Source: Octopus bimaculoides (lineage: Eukaryota). Taken from it: a stretch of DNA of 64,000 nt. The position numbers and the translations under genes are program-made. Location of the stretch: contig NC_068989.1 of assembly GCF_001194135.2 (NCBI RefSeq), positions 60,733,878 through 60,797,877 on the forward strand. Direction: 5' to 3'. The notes below the pieces were generated by a model. It was not told the DNA's origin and did no database searches. It saw nothing but the letters and a program-made list of their open reading frames with translations. Each line of letters starts with the position of its first letter. The first letter of the stretch is position 1. Positions 13,013 to 27,733 of the stretch are shown in pieces.

Positions 13013-16000
13013 NNNNNNNNNNCCTGTAAAGTCTGGCTAAGTCAAAACGGTTTTTTGTATTCTTCCTTTCTAATTGGAGAGTTTAAATGTAGTTATAAAA
13101 AAAATATGTCCTGTCGAAATGTAATTTCATTAAATTTCTATGACTTTGTGCAGCTGAGGATTGCTCTGCATTTTACATTTGATGTAATGTCCATATTGCT
13201 TAATTAAATGGAGTCGCATGAAACGATCGCACTGCATTAACTTTGGATATCCTTGTTGCTTATTCTGATTTGTACACATATATAGTTAGTGAGAGATGCT
13301 TAAAGCTTTCCTAAATTTGAATAGATTTGATAGATATTTACATTAGTCTTCTATTATAAGAACTTATATAGGATTCTACTTTACCTTAAGCTCCTCTGTT
13401 TTTATTGTCTATTAACAGTGTATATGCATTCGTTTTCGACTTATTCTGGTGTGTTCTTTCTTCTAATGATTTTGAAACCGTAGCAGTATTTAGAAAGAAA
13501 CGATATGACTTTTAAAATATTTGTAAATCGTAGAAGAAACCAAAATTTGAGTAGTTAACCTGCTTCAAGGAGACCTGAGTTAGAAGGCCTTCAACATTAT
13601 ATAAATCTATTCAAATTTGGAGAAACTTTAACTATTTCGCTCCGTTGTAAGTTGAAATCTGGGGGGGGGGGCGAATTTAACAAAATAAAAATTAAGTCCA
13701 AAATACCTACTTAAGAGTTTCCAGATTACTTTGACATTTCTTTGCAAGTTTGTGTTAAGATTAGAAATCAATATACCTGTACTGGATCACGTCATCATCG
13801 ATAAGAGTTCTGATATAAGGAATTAACAACATACATTTATCAACATACATTTATCCATTAACATGAAACTGTTGGCTAGCACAAGTGTTATATGCATTGC
13901 TTTGTAGATGATTAAGCCAGAGGAAGGATGTTCATCAACACTACCCATTCATCCGGTTGCATTTTCCAAGTGCCGAGGTGAATTTAATAAAAACATTGAA
14001 TGCTTCTAGAAACTAATTACTAGAATAAAAAGTAGCCGGAAGGTCTGGATTTATATGGATTTTAAATCCAAAACTACATGCCATGTTTGTACACATGGGA
14101 GATCAATATTTTTTCTGCCAATGGACTTGTAAGTAATGTTTCTTTATTATTTCTATGAATTGTTCAACTGCTTAGGGAAATAGAGGAAGAACGGATAATC
14201 ATGCACGCAAAGAGGAATCATGGTTTTGTCGTGTTAAACCCGAAACAATTACACAAGAATTGAATCCTACATCACATCTATCGATCAATAGGATCTTGCC
14301 ATAAACTAGTATTATTATGTGTATTCAAAGGATATATTTGCGTATTGTCCAAAAATTATAGACTCTAATTTTGGACGAAGTTGAGTAGGTGAAATATAAA
14401 TAGCAGATTAATGAAGAATACTTAAATATGCATATATTAGTGTGTGTTAAAGGCAATAAAGGAGGAGATAACTGCTGATAAACCTGTTGGGTCTTATTAT
14501 AGGTTGAAGTAACTTCAACTCACTTCAACTAGTTAATAAGCTTCGAAAAAGGACGGATATCACAAATTCCATTTCCTATTTTCCGGCCGCGGTGAATATG
14601 ATATACTCACCCAATAATGGATACGTCTTGCCACAAAAGACAAACTGAAAAATTTGTCTTCACTTGTTGAATTCGGTCGTGGATAAATTGACACATTTTC
14701 TTATGCCACACACTTGCCAAAGTCTATATGTAAATTCGTAAGTAATAATAGTTATATTTAACTATCATGAGTTGTATATAGTTAAGCATAATTCTCAGAC
14801 TTTTGTGGTTGAGGAGGTTTTAATTCTATTTCTACTGACATTTATAGTAAATTGTTTATTACTTCAACTTTATTACTTTATGTATGCACATTTGTATCCT
14901 GCTATTGAATAAAGTGTCTTGTATGTATTATAGTTACATTCATGAACCTGCAAGTTCTCTATAATGAAACGACACTAGATTTGTTTAATAGCAATCCGTT
15001 TGGTAGTGGCTTGTATAAAAAGAAATTAATGCGACATCTCACGTATTTACAAATAACACTGCTATTAGAACCGAGAAATGACAAAATGAAAATTGATTCA
15101 CTCCTTAAAAGCTGACCTGTAATGTAGAATATTAGAAAATTTTGTGTTTATATATAACATTGAAGAAAAGTTAACCCATGCATGTAGAGGTTATGTTTGA
15201 TATTTAACTTCATTATTCGCCCAAAGGATATTTTTAAAAGCCAATTGATAAAAATACGAATGAAGCTATAATACACTGAAAAGTCTTTTCGTTTCTCTTG
15301 GCACCATTTCAGTTGGAAATGTAACTGTTTTAGTATCTTCTGTCATTCAAACATTTTAGTATGAAATTCTTTTATTTTTTTCTTTATTATACGTAACTCT
15401 ATGGATTTATACAACTGATTGATTGAAGTTTCTGCTTGTATTTCTTTAATACAATATCCTTATATCCTGCGATAAAAGCGTCTCAGCAAAATGGAGAATC
15501 AATTAATTCCGTAATCAAAGACCATAAACTCTCTGATAATAGTATTTGTCCGACAAATTTTTTAATAGGATTTGGTTTCTTGAGAGGTGCGATTTCTGTG
15601 TTGCTATCTTTCAGTTATTTCAACTCATATTATGAAATAATGTGGTGTTTGGTTTGTTTTCTTAACATTTTTGTGTATTTGATTATTAATTAACCCGGTT
15701 TTAAAAATACGTTATTAGAAAGCATTTTGGTTTAAGTAACGAAGGTAAATGCAGTTGTTTTATGTAAATAGCTCTGCGTTTAATCAAAATTATGGATGAC
15801 TCTCTTCAAGATGTTTCAAATAATATATAATATTATTGGTGTATATATACCCATGTAAACTACAAAATAATCAATAAGCTTATAATATTATACGTTTACC
15901 CAAATAATTTTCCCCCCTCTACTTTTGGAAGTACAACGAATTCTGTACCTTACTGATGAGATAATATTAAAACCGAAATATTCGACTACTTTTATGAATG

Positions 16001-16893
16001 TATTAAGCATAACTGAAATAATTTTAACATATTAAACTATTACTGCTTTTCGTTATTGAATACATAAAGTAATTCTTCATCACCTGAAGCGAGCTGTGAT
16101 TATTTTTAGAATGATACGTGTATATTACATGATATTCTGAAGAGAAGTTTCGAGGTCTGGGAATATTCTCTATATTGTTATATGAACAATGTGGCAGTTG
16201 TTTACTAAATTTCAGATAAAAATGTTATCCATTTATACGCTAAATCGAAATGAGTAAAATACTGATTTAAGGACAAGATTTAGATTAAGAAATCCTGAAG
16301 AAAATAATGGTTACAAATGAAATGAGAGAATATTTTGTTGAAGGACTACTTAATAACAAGTATCTATGTACTGAATATCTAATATTAAACTGTTCTCTGT
16401 GCTTGGGTATTTTATATATGTGATTGTCTATTGCTGCGTATAACAGTGAAGGTATAGTTCATGAAAGAGTTAGTTTCTCTTTGAATAAAGTAATATGTAT
16501 GTTCAAATGGCTTCACAATAAGAGCACTGAATCTAGAGAGCGATATCATTAGTACTACAAACGTTAAAAGGTCTCCTATTCTCTTCGGCAAAATCAATGT
16601 CGTAAATCTAAATATATTCTGTAGATATCTTTTGATGTATATCCTTATCAGAGAATGATGCTGCGTCCAAATATAATAGTAAAGTTTAATTATTCAAAAC
16701 GTGTACAATTGAATCATTCTCTATTGAATTTTCAATTCCCTTCATCCGAATATTAAACGAAGCACAAACTATGATATTATCTTTGATATCAATCAATAAG
16801 ACCTGCTGTAATTCTGTTGAGGCCTGCTTGGAGAATTCAAAACATGATAGCCACACTGTCCACAACAATGTGTTCGTCATATGTACATAAATT

Positions 16894-16953
<60 letters not shown>

Positions 16954-17644
16954 TACATATATACACATACATGCATACGCACGCAATCACAAATATAAAT
17001 ATCTCACTTATTTCTCAACACATGATATTTGTGTGAACAAACTTTCTTCGTCATAGATATAATGGCTCCATATTAAAAGGGAAGAAAAATGTTATAGCAT
17101 GACGTTCGTTTCGATGAAGGAAGAATTAAGATCTAAAGTGTAGAGATATACCTCCAACTGTGATCGAGATCGCAATCCCTTTACACAATGCATTCATATT
17201 TAGCTTTGGTAGATTGAGTGATTAGCTAGGCGTTGTCTAATTATGGTTATTGTATTGTTATTAATAACGCTACCTGCATCAAAACTCACAGCCTAGTGAT
17301 TATTCTGGAATGATCCTTCATATCTTTGTATACTTGATGCAAGCTTCACTGCAAAACACTGTATATACTTATCCTACATTTAATTATTATTTTTTTTTTT
17401 TTTTGGTTAAAACAGCATTTGTTAACCGATCCAGTTTTATATGAAGCAACATATTGATTGGGACGAACAATGGATGCACAATCACATACGCATTCGTATA
17501 CACTACATCCATGTGCAGGTTCAATAATAAATACATTCTCGTGTATGTAGTTTAAACTCCCTCTTGAACAAAAATATCTAATATATTGTATATAATTAAG
17601 AAATTGTGATAGATATTTGCATATATCTCATAGGCTACGAAGGT

Positions 17645-17689
<45 letters not shown>

Positions 17690-17699
17690 NNNNNNNNNN

Positions 17700-17738
<39 letters not shown>

Positions 17739-18345
17739 TATATTCATGTATGCATATAATCAATATACAATATATGCTTTCTTATTAGTTATATTTTTGT
17801 CTATAGACATATGAATGTTCACATACACATGTAATTATGTGACTGTATGTATATAGATATGTGTGCACATTTTCCAATCCAATACTGCGTATCTATTTTG
17901 TGCATTATGATGAAAATACGCACCCCAACAAAACTCAATTCCTCAACTTGATTATGCTATTTGGACAAAGGAAAGAGTACATTTTTAATAATCTACATTC
18001 GATCTGTGTGGTAATAGGCTTTCAGAGAAGGAGTCATGCGAGCAGTTACGACTGCAGGTTTGAACATGTTACACTGCATATATCGATTTCTTTTCAACTT
18101 GCTGAAGCATATTTAGATATTTATGCATCTCAAATCAGCTAACTAGCATTCTCAACAAAAATTTCTCAGGCATTGAAGTGTAGTTAAGTATTTCGCTTCG
18201 GATTCGCAAAGATCCATAGGGATTCACCAGGACCCACAAGGATCCACCTTCGATCCCGATTCTCGGTGTCTTCAGAAAGTGATTTCTGCTGTATTGTCAG
18301 ATTGTCTAAAGCTTTGTGTTAAAAACTGTTTGCAAAAATTGATGC

Positions 18346-18377
<32 letters not shown>

Positions 18378-18420
18378 AGTGTATCAATCCGTCTATCTTT
18401 TGACACATACACTTAAACAA

Positions 18421-18493
<73 letters not shown>

Positions 18494-18682
18494 TATGAGT
18501 TTATGTGTTTGTGTTTGTGTGTACGTGTGCGTATCTATCTGACTGCATTATGCACATTCCACTATATTTTGCAGAGTTTTCGCCCACGAAATTCATGTGT
18601 GCTCAAATATGTAAACACACATACACATACACACATACACGCGAGCACACACATCTACATAGAGAAATTATTCTGCATTGGA

Positions 18683-18733
<51 letters not shown>

Positions 18734-19679
18734 ACCTATATGTATATATATGTGTGTGCGTGTGTGTATGTATGTGTGTGTTTGTTTGTCTATGTGTGTG
18801 TATAATATGTGCGTGAATGCGTGTGTGTGCGTGTGAAGAATAAATAGCAAGGCTGTTGTAATCCACTATAAGAAGGCGTTGCCCCAGCTTGGCCGCAATC
18901 CAATGACTGACACCACTAAAACTACACAATAATTTGCTTAGAAATAAAAAAAAAACTCTTGTATTCCATTTTTCTCTTATAATTTTGAATACATTTGCAA
19001 ACTTTTAACAAACAAGCAATCGAGTTTTGGTTTGAAATGTCGCAGTACCGTTGCGACGGTCTAGAGACACAATAGTATGTATTACTTTGCTCCAGTGTTC
19101 TCTGTTCAACTAGCATTGAAGCTAATATATTGTTTCGTGTATAGATACACAATAAAATAAGTAAAAAAAAAAATCACCATTAATCTTAATAGAATCAGTC
19201 GGATGAAATAAGCAGCAAAGCACGCCTTCGTTTAGTAACACATGAACGAGTAAAGTTAGTCGTTGCCTCCCTCCCTTAAATCGATTGATTTTAGTTGTCT
19301 CTATAAACACAAACATAAATCACGCATGATCCAATATTTTTGTTTCTTTACCGCGAATAAAATAAATAGTAGTAACAGGGCTCGATTCAAACGGTGTCTG
19401 ACATGATTCTCAGCAAATAAAATAGCGTGTAATAGTAGTTAATATAGAATTTATTTTCACTTCTACAACGCTACACGCCTTTTCCATTTACCTATTAAAT
19501 TCAGTTCAATATTCTTCTTCTTTCACAATGCATTTTGAAATGCATCGAAACATAAAATTCATCGAACATGGCTTTCAGGATACCTTATTCATAAGGGACA
19601 TATGTGCTGATTTCAATAGGCGATTAAAGCCATACGCAAGCTCATCAAAACGTTACAGCTTAGGTATCATAGAGACGTG

Positions 19680-19910
19680 GTTACGGAGATGTACTTGCAT
19701 AGTGAGTGACTTGATCTTAGATCGTATGCTAAAACAAGAACAATTGCAGCGTGGAAGATATTCGCAAGCCATTCAAGAACACACAAAAACTGTTAGTTTC
19801 ATTTCAACATTTAATTTTCATTTGTGTTAAAATATTTCGTCACTTTAAGACCGCGACCTGTTCATTGACAAAACTTGGAGATGTACCAAAACGTTTTGTC
19901 AGTGAACTAC
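19680..19910. mobile_element. Partial copy of the palindromic MITE seen at 40.7-41.0 kb
   Basis: Shares GATGTACTTGCATAG, ACAATTGCAGCGTGGAAG and GACCGCGACCTGTTCA blocks with 40686-41020; truncated at a (TA)n run and gap. Confidence 0.75.
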
Positions 19911-19923
19911 CTCAAAAATATTG

Positions 19924-19968
<45 letters not shown>

Positions 19969-20978
19969 NNNNNNNNNNNNNNNNNNNNNNNNNNNNNNNN
20001 NNNNNNNNNNNNNNNNNNNNNNNNNNNNNNNNNNNNNNNNNNNNNNNNNNNNNNNNNNNNNNNNNNNNNNNNNNNNNNNNNNNNNNNNNNNNNNNNNNNN
20101 NNNNNNNNNNNNNNNNNNNNNNNNNNNNNNNNNNNNNNNNNNNNNNNNNNNNNNNNNNNNNNNNNNNNNNNNNNNNNNNNNNNNNNNNNNNNNNNNNNNN
20201 NNNNNNNNNNNNNNNNNNNNNNNNNNNNNNNNNNNNNNNNNNNNNNNNNNNNNNNNNNNNNNNNNNNNNNNNNNNNNNNNNNNNNNNNNNNNNNNNNNNN
20301 NNNNNNNNNNNNNNNNNNNNNNNNNNNNNNNNNNNNNNNNNNNNNNNNNNNNNNNNNNNNNNNNNNNNNNNNNNNNNNNNNNNNNNNNNNNNNNNNNNNN
20401 NNNNNNNNNNNNNNNNNNNNNNNNNNNNNNNNNNNNNNNNNNNNNNNNNNNNNNNNNNNNNNNNNNNNNNNNNNNNNNNNNNNNNNNNNNNNNNNNNNNN
20501 NNNNNNNNNNNNNNNNNNNNNNNNNNNNNNNNNNNNNNNNNNNNNNNNNNNNNNNNNNNNNNNNNNNNNNNNNNNNNNNNNNNNNNNNNNNNNNNNNNNN
20601 NNNNNNNNNNNNNNNNNNNNNNNNNNNNNNNNNNNNNNNNNATATATATATATATATATATACATTCAAACACACAAAAACACTCACTCACGTAACTACA
20701 CACACACATAGACTATTGCATTTTATATCACTGATTTTTCATTTTACACAAGTCTAACCAAATATTTAAAAGACATATCCATCGATATCGAATGTAACTG
20801 TGTAATCATCTCTTGCAAAATATACTTCACTAAAAAAGTTCCTCCTATTATTGCTTTGCCAGCATGACGCTTAAATTTATGAAAAAGTAGCCATGTGCAA
20901 GAAATATATTAAAATATATCTATTTATTCTCAGAAAGGTAAAGATTACTCGTTACGTTTTTCCAGAAACGGCATACAG

Positions 20979-21044
<66 letters not shown>

Positions 21045-22020
21045 AAGTTATACATACATTTTTATGCGAGTGTGTATGTAATGTTTGTGTGCGATGTTTG
21101 TGTGTGTATGTGTGTATGTGTGTGTGTATGTCCGAATGCATACATGACAGATTCTTACCTAACCAGACTGCAGTATATTAACTGCTAGGGCGCAAGTGTA
21201 GTTTGTATACACCACGACCTCGGCTGTTAATCTATATCTTGTGTTCAGAATTTGGTAGATTGAAAAAAAAAAAAAAAAAAAGAAAGGGAAAAGAAAATTT
21301 AGAATCCTGTCATGAGAATAAACTTCCCCTGCATTTCTGTAGCAGAAAGTAATAGGCAATACAACACATTTTGTGTTCCTTGTGATTGCTAATATCCATC
21401 ATCAACATAACAATGAGAGATATAGTGACATACTCTTGCCGTCTCAAAACACTCACATGCACACGTGCACACACACACACACACACACGCACGCACGCAC
21501 GCACGCACGCACGCACNNNNNNNNNNTGAAATATATAAACTACCTACTGACTTTTTATGAATATTTTGAATATATTACGTATTTTAAGATATCAATATCA
21601 AATATAAAATAGATATATATATTTCCCTATTTTTTTACCGTATAAAATGTTTCTAGTAAATCTTAATTGATAGCGAGTTCAGCATTAGATCAATGAACAA
21701 AGGACATATTTATATTTGTTTTGTTTTCTTTCTTGAATTTCAACATGTTCTTTGTATACTTACTACTAAATCACCAGAATTGCTTATTTCCTCTCCTCCT
21801 GATAATTTTCACATAAAGAATTGGCACACATTTCAATAAATCACAAGAATAATCATCTTTAGTATTACAAATATATAACGACTTGAATTAAGTTACAACC
21901 AAACGAAAACGTTTTCTTCTTTGATATACAGTTAACATTTCACTTAATGGTAAGGGACTAGAAATATCTTTCTCTCTTTCCCTCCCTCTCTCTATCTTTC
22001 TCTCTCCCTTATACAGACAT

Positions 22021-22093
<73 letters not shown>

Positions 22094-22189
22094 CACACAC
22101 ACACATATATATATATATATGCACATGCATACATATATACGTATATATATACATATATATCTATATAAATATATATATATACTGGTCCA

Positions 22190-22512
22190 GGCGCGGCTCT
22201 ATGGTAAGGGGCTTGTTTCCCAACCATATGGTTCCGAGTTCAATGTCACTAGGGCAAGCGTCTTCTACTACTGTCCAGAGCCGACCAAAGCCTTGAGAGT
22301 GTATTTGGTTGTGTCTGTGTTTCACGCCCATTACTGCTGACAACCAGTGTTGGTGTGTTTATGTCCCCTTAAGTTAGTTGTGCAGCAAAAGAGGCCAATA
22401 GAATACATATTTGGCCTTCAAAAATAACTTCTAGGGACGATTTGTTCGACTGAAACCCTTCAAGGCTATGCCCCAGCATGGCCACAGTCAAATGACTTAA
22501 ACAAATAAAAGT
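22190..22512 (+). mobile_element. SINE family 1, with tRNA-like head and internal deletion
   Basis: GGCGCGGCTCTATGGTAAG head, GAGTTCAATGTC B-box-like motif, CCGACCAAAGCCTTG and CCCCAGCATGGCCACAGTCAAATGAC tail. Confidence 0.88.
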
Positions 22513-25500
22513 TAAATGGTAAGTTATAGTTACTTTTTGTAACGGACTCTCGAATCGGTTTTCGCCTTTCATTCGCTGATTTGGACAACACGAAAAGATT
22601 TTAATTGGGTCAAACTAATGCAGCTCCAGCCATACTTTCAGCAGAAGTATCAGTAATCCTTTTGAATAACAATTAAATATACATAGACAGAAATACACAC
22701 GCCCGCACCCAAACATGGGCTCTTGTATGCACACATATGTGTTCTGCATATATAGGAATAAAACACCTAAGATTATAATGGTTCAATATTCTCCATTACT
22801 CACCCCAACTAACGATTTCAACATGTGCCTCTGTCGTCTTGCTTTTCTGTTTTATAAATAGAACGCATCTAGTATTAAACTGAATCAATAGGAAATTTAT
22901 AAAAGAACCCATGCTACATCGTACATTTGCTTTGCTGTTTTTTCTTTCAGATACATTCCCAACCTTGAATCTAAAATAACCAGTTTTAGTTAGCCGAATA
23001 TTTACTCTTCGTGACAAAACAAAATTGATCATCACATACCTTTAATGTTCATTTACATTTCTGTTACAAATCAATATTTCGAGACTACTGTTATGGGTTT
23101 TCGATGACCACTTCGTAAAATCGGTGTGTATAAATAACAGCTACTTCAATTGTTGATTAAGTCAGCCATCAAGTAAAAATAAAAAAAGACTATTGTAGAT
23201 ATTTCAGATTAAACATCTTCAGAATATCGTAGGAAGTATCCGAAGGCGTGGTTTTTGCTGCATTTACATTACTATAGCCAGCATGACACTCGTCAATTAT
23301 ATAGCACGTCTGTTGCTTATAAACAAGGACAGTATACGTGAGTAGCGTTTATTTACAGAGAGTGTATATTCAGTTGGTGGGAAGTGGATAGAACATCACT
23401 ACAACAGAGCATCGTTCAATAGTTTGTTACAATTGGGAAATAAAGGAATTCAACAGAAACATTATTTAGAAAACCTAGTAAGATCAGAACAATTTAGTAA
23501 CAGTAACAGAGGTTAACACAGTGGCAGAAATGGTCCAACATCTAATTAAATGTAATGATGCATTTATTTTCATATGATGTGCCTACGGTTTCATATTCTC
23601 TCTCATTTCTCTCGAGTCAATAGCAGAAGCATAAGCATTATGGTGAGGGTAATGCAATCAATATTCTTAAAATTTTCTTGTAAGAAATCAATACGCAGTT
23701 TACATTCTGGATGTGGTATACTCAGAGAATTTCACATTCTGAAACAAGCTTGAAACAATGCAACAAATGTGGGATCAATCTAGAGAATCATTTTTGTAAG
23801 CCAATTAATGAAGAGCATTTGGAAATATTTTAATATTGATTCATCTGAATATATAATACTTATGCTGCTACATACATAACATGAATAATGAATTAACGAC
23901 TATTATTTATCCCAAGACGTAGAATTTAAATACAATACCTCGCTATGCTGCGTTATAATGAATAAATAATTTTAAACGTACCGTAACCTTCTGTTTTACT
24001 CTTGGTGCATTGCATTGACGACTCTTTGAATGAATTCTGTTGCAATAGGCTCACTGAAGTGCGGTCATTATGTAATGCATCTTCACGAAATTCATCTTAC
24101 AGAGCCAAAAGCAAATTAAGGACATGTGAGTTTAGAAGGCTAACGATGCTTGGATTGGTAATTTTGTCTAGTTATAGGCGTTCAACCTTTTGAAAGGGCT
24201 CCTTATCACCAATGTAGTCCGGACCCGTTAATAACTTTCGATAGTCTACCTACTAAATCTTCTGTCTGTTTATCTGCTTGCATTCATGTCTGTCTATCCG
24301 TCTGGCTGTATATCTGTCCGTATGACTCAGTCTCAACGGCAATATATGCCATATTATATTTTGCGAAGTTAAATATCATTAGCATCAGTGCATTTGACAT
24401 AATGTGTCAGACAATATTCAACTGAACTATGCTTTAAAATCTTACTAATTGATTACGTAACGAACAGCAGGTTATAAACTCAACTCATGCATGCTTTTGT
24501 TATAAAGAATATCGTGAAATTTAATTAGAGTTGACTAGTGAAGCCATATCTAAATTGTTTCATACCCATATTGGAGAAGTGACTAGAAAAGAAATGGAAA
24601 GGTAATTAAAAGGATTAGATATGATACACATGGCTGAAACTATGTTTTTTCTTTTTTCGAATTATATGGAGATATTAAATCAATACAGGAAAAATAATTT
24701 GGTATTTCTATTTGAATATGAAATACATTAAACATAACGATTTAAATACAAACAAGGATTTGTGGGTATTGCGAAATGTACACATTGTTTTATAACTAAC
24801 ATTCGGTTTTCAGAGATATAAAAAAAACAGCTTCAACACGTAGGGTATTAAGCGCTGTTCTTGTATTTTACAGCGGAAAATACTCAAATCCTTTTTTCCT
24901 GCAGATTCATATCATTTAGCAAAATATATACGCATTGATATTTGATTTTCTCGTATCTCCTTCTCCTCCTTGTGCGTATGCACAACATCTTTGGTTAGTA
25001 TAGAAACAGGGTTTTTCTTCACGGTGATATGTAAAAAACTCGCTTCTGATTTGTTAAAATGGCCAAATTTGGCAAATTTTAAAGGCTAATAACTTTTTGG
25101 TTATGAATTTATATGAAAAATGAATTGTATTTTCATAATTAGTATACAAAACTTAATCTATATGCCAAATTTGAAAACAATTGGAACAAAATTGTAAACA
25201 GTGACGAAAGCCACAAAGATCCTAAGTTCCTGCATCAAAAGTTCTGGCTTTGTGCCTGAATGACAAATATTAATTATAGCGGTATAAGAGAATACGTTGC
25301 GTAAGATGCAACGCAGAAAAAATTTATACAAGTTACTGTCACTATACCATTGTATATCATTTTATACATATGCAAGCTCACATGCACATGTGCTGCGTTC
25401 TTTTATTTAAAGGAAATAACTTATTTCTTATTTATTTACAAGTTGTATATTTAAAAGAGATTGGAAATGAGTTTTGTGCTGCATCAATAATGACGCATAC

Positions 25501-26409
25501 ACCGACAATAACAGTATATTAACATTGAAATATTTTCAACGTTTAAATTTTTTCAACGAAATTGAATTGTGTATTATAATTTGAGAATATTATTATCATA
25601 TGGTACTAATAATTGGTCGTGTACCCAAAACTTTTAGAACAGAATCACTGATTGAAGAAATTATTGATTTTGTTATGAGTAATTTCCTCCAATTATTTCA
25701 CTATCAGTCAGGTGTCTTTGCAAAATATACAGATGTATTAAGACTTAATACATCTATTTGAGTTAATAATTAAATTAAGAAAAGATAAATAATTTGGCAA
25801 AATTATTTCAAATATGAAACGCCTTAAACATAAGAGTTTAGATATAGAGCTAGAATAGTAAATGAAATGACAAATAAAGAACACTTCTAACAATGCTAAA
25901 AGTTTAAAAAAACCTTTGTATATCTCGGGTGCAAAGGTCTATCTGCAGAAGAATACATAAAAAAAAATATGTTTACATAGAGCTTGCCATTTTGGAGAGC
26001 CGGATGAGTGGTGACACATTTTAGTCAGGTACTTGTGCTAGTAGGAACAGCCTCCTGAATGCTGGTGTTGTTGGTGCCGTAAAGGTCACGTTTAGGAAAA
26101 TGGTACTGGGAATGGTGGTAAAGGACTGACTGCAGGTCGTCAGCAGTGGCGGTAAATAGATAGTGAATGGTGGTGAATGCTATGGTAGCAGTAGTAGCCG
26201 TTGATGATGTTGTCTACATCGGCAGAGTTGGTGATCGAGTTAAGTGTCGTCATAGTAGTGGGTGGTAGCGTTGATGGTGTATGTTCGTATAGCAGTCGTT
26301 GGCTAGGTGGTTGGTGGCTCCAACAAAAAATAAAATCCCTCATCGCTGCAGACAACAGCAGCGGTGGAAGCTATAATGGCGCGAATGGTAGATAACAGCA
26401 CTACTCACC

Positions 26410-26700
26410 GTCGAAGTGACCTGGTCGCAGCGATATATGAGGCATTTGGTAATATATTTATTGGAGCCTCTGGACCATCTCCGATCGACTACTGATTCTT
26501 TGATAAAAAGATTTCCTATATTCCTTTATGAGGCTAATATGGAGGACTCCATTATTTTGGTTCCGTTGCCGCATTTGGTTAAGGGTTTGCGGAAGGAAGA
26601 TGCCTTTTAATTCAATCGGATGTGGAGCGATCGAACCGTATTGCCAATATAATAGTCACCGCATTTGAAGCACCGTATCTGGTAACTTCGCAGACACTTC
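26410..26700 (-). mobile_element. Penelope-like element GIY-YIG endonuclease relic
   Basis: Minus-strand translation SYQIRCFKCGDYYIGNTVRSLHIRL...SSFRKPLTKCG...NLFIKE shows the YxIxCxxC-x2-YIG-x-T-x-R pattern of PLE endonucleases; in-frame stops present. Confidence 0.8.
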
Positions 26701-26719
26701 TTCATGTCGTGTATATCTT

Positions 26720-27176
26720 TTTCTTTTACTTGTTCCAGTTGTTTGGCAGAAACCATTCTGGAGCACCCTCTTGAAGGATATTAGTCGAACAAATCGATCC
26801 CAGGATTTATTTTTTAAAGCCTAGTACCTATTTCATGAGTTTCTTTTGCCAAACTGCTAACTTACAGCGACGTAAACACACCAACACTGGTTTTCAAGTG
26901 GTGATTGGGACAAACATAGTCACACATACATACATACATACATACATGCAAACATACATACATACATACATACATACACACATACATATATACATACATT
27001 CATATATACATACGACGGGCTTCTTTCAGTTTCCGTCTACCAAATCCATTCACAGGACTCTGGTGGGCCCGAGGATAAAGTAGAAGACATTTGGCCAAGG
27101 TGCCACGCAGTGGGACTGAACCCGGAACCATGTGGTTGGAAAGCAAGCCTCTTACCACAGAGCAACGCATGCACCT
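26720..27176 (-). mobile_element. SINE family 1, full length, with internal (TACA)n
   Basis: Reverse complement of the head (GGTTCCGGGTTCAGTCCCACTG B-box-like motif), CGACGGGCTTCTTTCAGTTTCCGTCTACCAAATCC core and TTTTACTTGTT tail. Confidence 0.9.
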
Positions 27177-27412
27177 AAATATATAGCTGTGTCGTGATTA
27201 ATTATAAATTAATTCTCGTATACTCCATCTTCCGTCTTTCATTTACCTATATATATNNNNNNNNNNNNNNNNNNNNNNNNNNNNNNNNNNNNNNNNNNNN
27301 NNNNNNNNNNNNNNNNNNNNNTATATATATATATATATATATGGTTTTGTTAGGAAAACATAAATCTGGAGAAGAAGCACACTATAAGATGTAGAGCAGT
27401 CTATATATATTA

Positions 27413-27733
27413 GTGGTGAAGGCCGGTTTATTGGGTTACCCACCTGTGTTTCTCGCCATAAAGGTACCTTTACGACGTAGCTTCAGACCCTAAGTCCAGT
27501 TCGCCTATGGCCTCTTTAAAATATGGAGCGGAGAATGAGACATAGACAATCGGGATTATCTCCCCTTGCTGCTGGTCATCAGCTACGGGCCATGTTGTTC
27601 TCCTCCAGCTACGCCACCTGTCGTCTTTGAAGGTAAAAATTAGGCAAACAGGTCCTAATGCCTGAACATACGTCATAACAATACGCTTTATGGCGAGAAA
27701 CTCAGGGTAACGCAATAAACTAGCCTCCACCAG
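27413..27733. mobile_element. About 320-bp MITE with about 45-bp imperfect TIRs and TA flanks (Tc1/mariner type)
   Basis: Left end GTGGTGAAGGCCGGTTTATTGGGTTACC...GTTTCTCGCCATAAAG versus right end CTTTATGGCGAGAAAC...GGTAACGCAATAAACTAGCCTCCACCAG; TA at 27411-12 and 27734-35. Confidence 0.8.

Noticed and set aside
14036-14128. Possible exon ending in a GTAAGT donor with two open frames
   Set aside because: The acceptor context is purine-rich (AAAAAGTAG); no homology recognised.
21160-21230. Minus-strand exon-like segment with a T-tract and AG/GTAAGA donor
   Set aside because: All three frames contain stops; the T-tract may be a retroposed poly(A).
26140-26400. Overlapping ORFs in a GGT/AGT/GAT-rich tract
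   Set aside because: Low-complexity sequence just downstream of a Penelope endonuclease relic; more likely its 3' region than a CDS.
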